Position numbers and translations under genes: made by a program. From Bdellovibrionota bacterium (GTDB lineage Bacteria > Bdellovibrionota_C > UBA2361 > OMIW01): DNA of 22,547 bases. Shown here piece after piece: positions 18,513 to 22,547 of this stretch. Location: contig JBIJBT010000046.1 of assembly GCA_044345055.1 (NCBI GenBank), positions 1 through 22,547 on the forward strand, in the 5' to 3' direction. The notes beneath the pieces were generated by a model. The model did no database searches. It worked only from the letters and a program-made list of their open reading frames with translations, and was not told the DNA's origin. Within the stretch, counting starts at the first letter, position 1. The number at the start of each line of letters is the position of its first letter.

Positions 18513-19052
18513 ATGACAACTGCCCCGTTATCGCGCCGCATACTCTTTTCGTGGAGACATTTTTCTGGGGTGTTGCGGGATGTTTTATTACCGAACGGCA
18601 AACCGGTAACAACCTTCACTCTTGAACACCCGGGTGCAGTTGTGATTATCCCGATTACAGACTCAGGCTCGATCCTTTTTCTTTCGCAATATCGACCCGC
18701 TCTAAACGAAACGATCTTCGAGCTGCCCGCCGGCACTCTCGAGCAGGGCGAAGACCCCGCAGCGTGTGCTGCGCGCGAGCTGATCGAGGAAACCGGATTC
18801 GCCGCCAAAAATCTAATCCCCCTCGGCAAACTTCTTCCAGCACCCGGATTTTGCAACGAAGTACAATGGTGCTTCGCCGCCACCGGCTTATATCCAGCTT
18901 CAGCTGCTGGAGATGACGATGAGGTAATTGAGGTGCGAGAAATGTCAGTTAATGAGGCAAAGCGGCTCATCGAGTCCGGTGAGCTGACTGATGCGAAATC
19001 GATTGCTTTGCTTATGAAGGGGATGATTGGGGGCTTGGTGCGGGGGGAGTAG
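18513..19052 (+). CDS. nudF: Nudix hydrolase, ADP-ribose pyrophosphatase-like
   Basis: HPGAVVII, QYR, ELPAG, Nudix box GTLEQGEDPAACAARELIEETG, PGFCNE, DAKS. Confidence 0.88.
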   Translation: MTTAPLSRRILFSWRHFSGVLRDVLLPNGKPVTTFTLEHPGAVVIIPITDSGSILFLSQYRPALNETIFELPAGTLEQGEDPAACAARELIEETGFAAKNLIPLGKLLPAPGFCNEVQWCFAATGLYPASAAGDDDEVIEVREMSVNEAKRLIESGELTDAKSIALLMKGMIGGLVRGE

Positions 19053-19074
19053 TGGTACTCACCCCGCTGGTGGG

Positions 19075-21051
19075 TTAGGCGGTTGTGGTTGGGGTGGTTG
19101 GGGTTGTCGCGGCGGCGGTGGTGGTGGTTGGGGCAGTGCTTGAGTTTGTAGCTACGGTTGTTTCTGACGTAGCAGCGGTGTTTTTATTGGCCGCATTAGA
19201 GCTGTCCGTCTTGTTTGCAGCTGCGAGCTCCGTGTTGGTTTTCGCACCGTTTGCACCGGCTTCTGATATAGCCGCTGCTAAACTACTACGGACCTCTCCA
19301 GCCCCGCCGTTTAGTGCTGTTACCATCTCAATGGCAGCTGATTCTCTGCCTTGGGGGTCACCTACATTATTCGAGGCGACTACGGTACTAACTAATCCTT
19401 GACCAACCTGACGACGGTTAGGTGTCGAACTTTGTCTACTGTCCTCATCACGACGCTGCTTCCTAAACTCTTCAAATGCCTCCCGCACCCCTTTCTCAAC
19501 AGCCTCACGCACCGCTTTTTCAGCCCCCTCTCGAGCTCCCTTCCATCCCGCTTCGACCGATTCATCGATCAACTTACCTACTTCTTTACCCTCTTTCTCG
19601 GCTCGCTCTCGAATTGCTTTATTGAGAATTTCAGAAGTTTTATCGTCCACCTCTCCTTTGAGAATAGCCGTCCAACGCTCTTTGAATGTTTTCTCCATTC
19701 CTTTGGCGACCGACTCATTCAATTCCCGTGATATCCCATCGACGAGCTCTTCTTGAAGTATCTTGTCTGCAGTACCATCCCTGAGGGCGACCTGCAATTT
19801 TTTCGCCATCGCTTTTGGATTTGCGATTTTTTGGTTTTCGAGAATCTTTATGACATCCGCTTCGGATGCATTCGAGAGAGTTTTCAAAAGCTCAAGGGTT
19901 TTGTCCTTTACGAGTTTCTCAACCCCGAAACTCTGCATAATATCGGCGGTAACTTTCTCGCCCGACTCCCGCATCGCACTCTTTATCGATTCTTCTGTGA
20001 GCGCTTTGGAGCCATTTTGAGCTACCGCCTTCGCTAACGTCTTTGCACCAGAATCCGCAATCTCCCGAGCACCAGCTTCAAGAGCTTGACTGAAAGTCTG
20101 CTGCACTACTTTGTCAGTTGCTTCGTCGAATACTTCTCTGGTTACTTTTTCGGTGAGTTCCTGAACTACTTCCTTCCCAATCTTTTCAGCACCCTCTGTC
20201 ACAAGCCCTTTAGCAGCGGCCTTAAAAGCGCCCTTTGCTAGGAGCCCAGTCCCTCCTGTAGTTACAACCACCGCCACAGTCCCTGCAAAATCTGCCGCTC
20301 CCCACGCATGGACCGCAGCCTTCTGCAAGTATTCATTCCTTTTGGCTTCATTTCCACTACCGTGCGCAGCAATCGCGAGCGCGCTATAACGAACAAAGTC
20401 ACACGCATCAAAAAATCCAATCGACTCAAGTACGAACTTCCCCACCTGCAGAGCTGCTTTTTTCGGGTCAGAAGATATCTCAACCCCAGCCTTTCGGGCT
20501 GCATCCCAAATATTTGCATAGGTCTTCGGATCGCTGGCAACCTTCCACGCAAAATTAAACGCCTGCCCCATCGAATCGAGCAACGCCTTCTGCTTTTCTG
20601 GACTGTTCAAAAAATCGGTCAATTCAGCAACGCCAGCCGATGCAGCGGAACCAACCGCAGATGCAACAACACCCGCAAAGTCGGTCGTACTTTTTAAACC
20701 ACCTTGAAGGTCTGCGAGGAACCTGTCTCGGTTACCATGTTGATTAGTGAGCATGGCAAACGCAAAGTTCGCCGAATTCTGGACCAACATATGAGGAGCC
20801 AACGCAACATGAGCCCCGAGATTCACCACGTCTCCTCCGAGCTTGAGCACCCCTTTAGCAAAGTCAGATATGGCCCATTCAGGAACAGAGGATGGAGACG
20901 ATTGGGACGATTGAGCAGCTTGTGCAAGCTCAAGGCGCTCTTCAGCGGTAGGAGCCCCCGGTAGGACGGAAGATTTATCGTTATATAGACCTAGCTCTGG
21001 GTTAATTTGCGCCAGCCCTTCTGAGCAGCCTTGCCCTTTCCCACTCGCCAT
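19075..21051 (-). CDS. Hypothetical alpha-helical protein (about 658 aa) with central Gly/Ala hydrophobic segment and Thr-rich tail
   Basis: Long ORF; ATG 21051 preceded by GGGGGT (alternative TTG 21063); AGTVAVVVTTGGTGLLAKGAFKAAAK segment; E/K/A-rich helices; T/A/P-rich C-terminus. Confidence 0.8.
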   Translation of the reverse strand: MASGKGQGCSEGLAQINPELGLYNDKSSVLPGAPTAEERLELAQAAQSSQSSPSSVPEWAISDFAKGVLKLGGDVVNLGAHVALAPHMLVQNSANFAFAMLTNQHGNRDRFLADLQGGLKSTTDFAGVVASAVGSAASAGVAELTDFLNSPEKQKALLDSMGQAFNFAWKVASDPKTYANIWDAARKAGVEISSDPKKAALQVGKFVLESIGFFDACDFVRYSALAIAAHGSGNEAKRNEYLQKAAVHAWGAADFAGTVAVVVTTGGTGLLAKGAFKAAAKGLVTEGAEKIGKEVVQELTEKVTREVFDEATDKVVQQTFSQALEAGAREIADSGAKTLAKAVAQNGSKALTEESIKSAMRESGEKVTADIMQSFGVEKLVKDKTLELLKTLSNASEADVIKILENQKIANPKAMAKKLQVALRDGTADKILQEELVDGISRELNESVAKGMEKTFKERWTAILKGEVDDKTSEILNKAIRERAEKEGKEVGKLIDESVEAGWKGAREGAEKAVREAVEKGVREAFEEFRKQRRDEDSRQSSTPNRRQVGQGLVSTVVASNNVGDPQGRESAAIEMVTALNGGAGEVRSSLAAAISEAGANGAKTNTELAAANKTDSSNAANKNTAATSETTVATNSSTAPTTTTAAATTPTTPTTTA

Positions 21052-21244
21052 ACCGACCCCCAAAAATCCAAATCATTAAAAAACACACCTAAGCAGGTTA
21101 TCCAAACTATCCTGAAAAAAATGCGTTAATCCGGAAAAACTCTTTGGCGGGGGGGGGAGAGGACCGCGGGAACAATCGTAATCACAGAGTCGCTACGATT
21201 AACACTTCAATCCACCAGGAACTCTTTGGCTCAGAGGCATAGAG

Positions 21245-21496
21245 GTGCCAGGTTCAGTCGCTCGGATTATGGTGACTGGCTACACCGTGAGTAAAACCAA
21301 AGTGCGAGCTCCCCTCAAAAAGGCTGTACTAACGATCATCTGCACCGGCAGCAAACGTTCAGCAAAAGGCATGATCATCACCAGCTCGCGCGGAACAGCC
21401 GTTGCCCGTGTCTCAGGTGCCCAAAAAGGGATGTGGTGCCGAGCTAAAAACGTCTCGGGGCGAGCTATGACCAGCAATCGGGTGCTGCTGCGATGA
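21245..21496 (+). CDS. Small basic hypothetical ORF or 3' gene remnant (83 aa)
   Basis: Open frame with alternating beta-strand-like pattern and two Cys, immediately followed by a GC hairpin (21499-21517). Start uncertain. Confidence 0.3.
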   Translation: MPGSVARIMVTGYTVSKTKVRAPLKKAVLTIICTGSKRSAKGMIITSSRGTAVARVSGAQKGMWCRAKNVSGRAMTSNRVLLR

Positions 21497-21559
21497 TGGG
21501 GGTGGGATTTCTACCCCGCCCGAACTCCTGCCTCGACAGAACAAGTTTGCGAGAAACTG

Positions 21560-21586
21560 TTAAGTTTCTGGCCAGTGTGCCGATGT
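21560..21586 (+). promoter_or_regulatory. Candidate sigma28 (FliA) promoter for the RCC1-repeat gene
   Basis: TTAAGTTT-N11-GCCGATGT versus consensus TAAAGTTT-N11-GCCGATAA. The -35 overlaps a 7-bp inverted repeat AGAAACT-GTTA-AGTTTCT (21552-21569). Confidence 0.55.
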
Positions 21587-21678
21587 AACGTTCAAGAGGT
21601 TTTAGTTGGGGGATTGTTTCTCTGCTGCCACCGGAGGGGTGGTGGAACGGGGCTTGATGGCGGTTGTGGGAGCGGTAC

Positions 21679-22547
21679 GTGAAAGAGCAGTTTTGGCGAA
21701 CAATTCGGGTGATGGCGATAATCCTCGGGGTGCTGGTGGGGGGTGCCCGGGGTGCAGCTGCCGTGCCGGCGGTGGTGGCTGCGGGGGAAAATCACTCGAT
21801 GATGGTGTTGGAGGATGGGACTCTTTGGGCTTGGGGGAGGAACGGGGACGTCCAGCTCGGAGATGGGACTACTGCCGACAAGTCAACACCGACCCAGGTA
21901 GGAAGCGCGACCAACTGGACGAGCGTTGCGGCAGGTTCCTCTCATACCGTCGCGATCAAGAGCGATGGGACTCTTTGGGCTTGGGGGGTGAACTGGGCCG
22001 GCCAGCTCGGAGATGGGACCACTGCCAACAAGTCAACGCCGACCCAGGTAGGAAGTGCTACCAACTGGACGAGCGTTGCAGCAGGTTTCTATCACACCGT
22101 TGCCATCAAGAGCGATGGGACTCTTTGGGCTTGGGGGTTGAACGGGTACGGCCAGCTCGGAGATGGGACCTTTGCCAACAAGTCAACGCCGACCCAGGTA
22201 GGAAGTGCTACCAACTGGTCGAGCGTTGCGGCAGGTGACTATCACACCGTTGCCATCAAGAGCGATGGGACTCTTTGGGCTTGGGGGTGGAACAATAACG
22301 GCCAGCTCGGAGATGGGACCACTGCCAACAAGTCAACGCCGACCCAGGTAGGAAGTGCTACCAACTGGACGGGCGTTGCGGCAGGTCACTCTCACACCGT
22401 TGCGATCAAGAGCGATGGGACTCTTTGGGCTTGGGGGAGGAACAATAACGGCCAGCTCGGAGATGGGACCACTGCCAACAAGTCAACGCCGACCCAGGTA
22501 GGAAGTGCTACCAACTGGACGAGCGTTGCAGCAGGTTTCTATCACAC
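21679..22547 (+). CDS. Secreted RCC1/BLIP-II-like beta-propeller repeat protein, 3'-truncated; absent from the ORF track
   Basis: GGGAG RBS (21668-21672) then GTG 21679. Reads MKEQFWRTIRVMAIILGVLVGGARGAAA (signal peptide-like), then VAAGENHS...DGTLWAWGxNxxGQLGDGTTANKSTPTQVGSATNWTSVAAGxxHTVAIKS repeats. Frame open to the window end. Confidence 0.93.
   Translation, partial: MKEQFWRTIRVMAIILGVLVGGARGAAAVPAVVAAGENHSMMVLEDGTLWAWGRNGDVQLGDGTTADKSTPTQVGSATNWTSVAAGSSHTVAIKSDGTLWAWGVNWAGQLGDGTTANKSTPTQVGSATNWTSVAAGFYHTVAIKSDGTLWAWGLNGYGQLGDGTFANKSTPTQVGSATNWSSVAAGDYHTVAIKSDGTLWAWGWNNNGQLGDGTTANKSTPTQVGSATNWTGVAAGHSHTVAIKSDGTLWAWGRNNNGQLGDGTTANKSTPTQVGSATNWTSVAAGFYH
21814..22547 (+). repeat. Tandem array of 150-bp coding repeats (at least 4.9 units)
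   Basis: Units begin GATGGGACTCTTTGGGCTTGGGGG at 21814, 21964, 22114, 22264 and 22414; no indels. Confidence 0.97.

Noticed and set aside
19085..20964. Several + strand ORFs opposite the helical orphan, and similar antisense ORFs within ABCC, cysS and nudF
   Set aside because: Antisense shadows of real genes with no recognisable motifs.
21606..22238. 210-aa ORF from the track with repeated 'RWDSLGLG' motif
   Set aside because: Shadow frame of the RCC1 repeats. The true frame (GTG 21679) has an RBS, signal peptide and canonical RCC1 motifs, and was missed only because it has no stop in the window.
21814..22547. Tandem repeats as a CRISPR array
   Set aside because: Contiguous in-frame 150-bp coding units with no unique spacers and no cas genes.

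Overview
Bacterial chromosomal DNA of roughly 50% GC by eye. The gene set is compatible with a Bdellovibrionota/deltaproteobacteria-like lineage, but that is inference only. The window opens inside a divergent GlgX/isoamylase-like GH13 gene, which faces an orphan ORF across a strong hairpin. A long + strand housekeeping run follows: holA, mltB-like, THUMP RNA methyltransferase, receiver-only response regulator, tmk, holB, stand-alone MetRS C-terminal domain, tatD, enoyl-CoA hydratase and an MBL hydrolase. On the - strand lie a eukaryote-like fused ABCC/MRP transporter and a CysRS, separated by a highly structured spacer with a 19-bp direct repeat, a 12-bp inverted repeat and a Y-shaped hairpin. 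After ctaA and a Nudix gene there is an accessory region containing a 658-aa helical orphan and, missed by the ORF track, a secreted RCC1/BLIP-II-like beta-propeller gene (21679 to window end) behind a candidate sigma28 promoter. That gene is built from near-identical 150-bp tandem repeats whose differences concentrate in five hypervariable codons and show a mosaic pattern. This is the best candidate here for an undescribed protein-diversification system.
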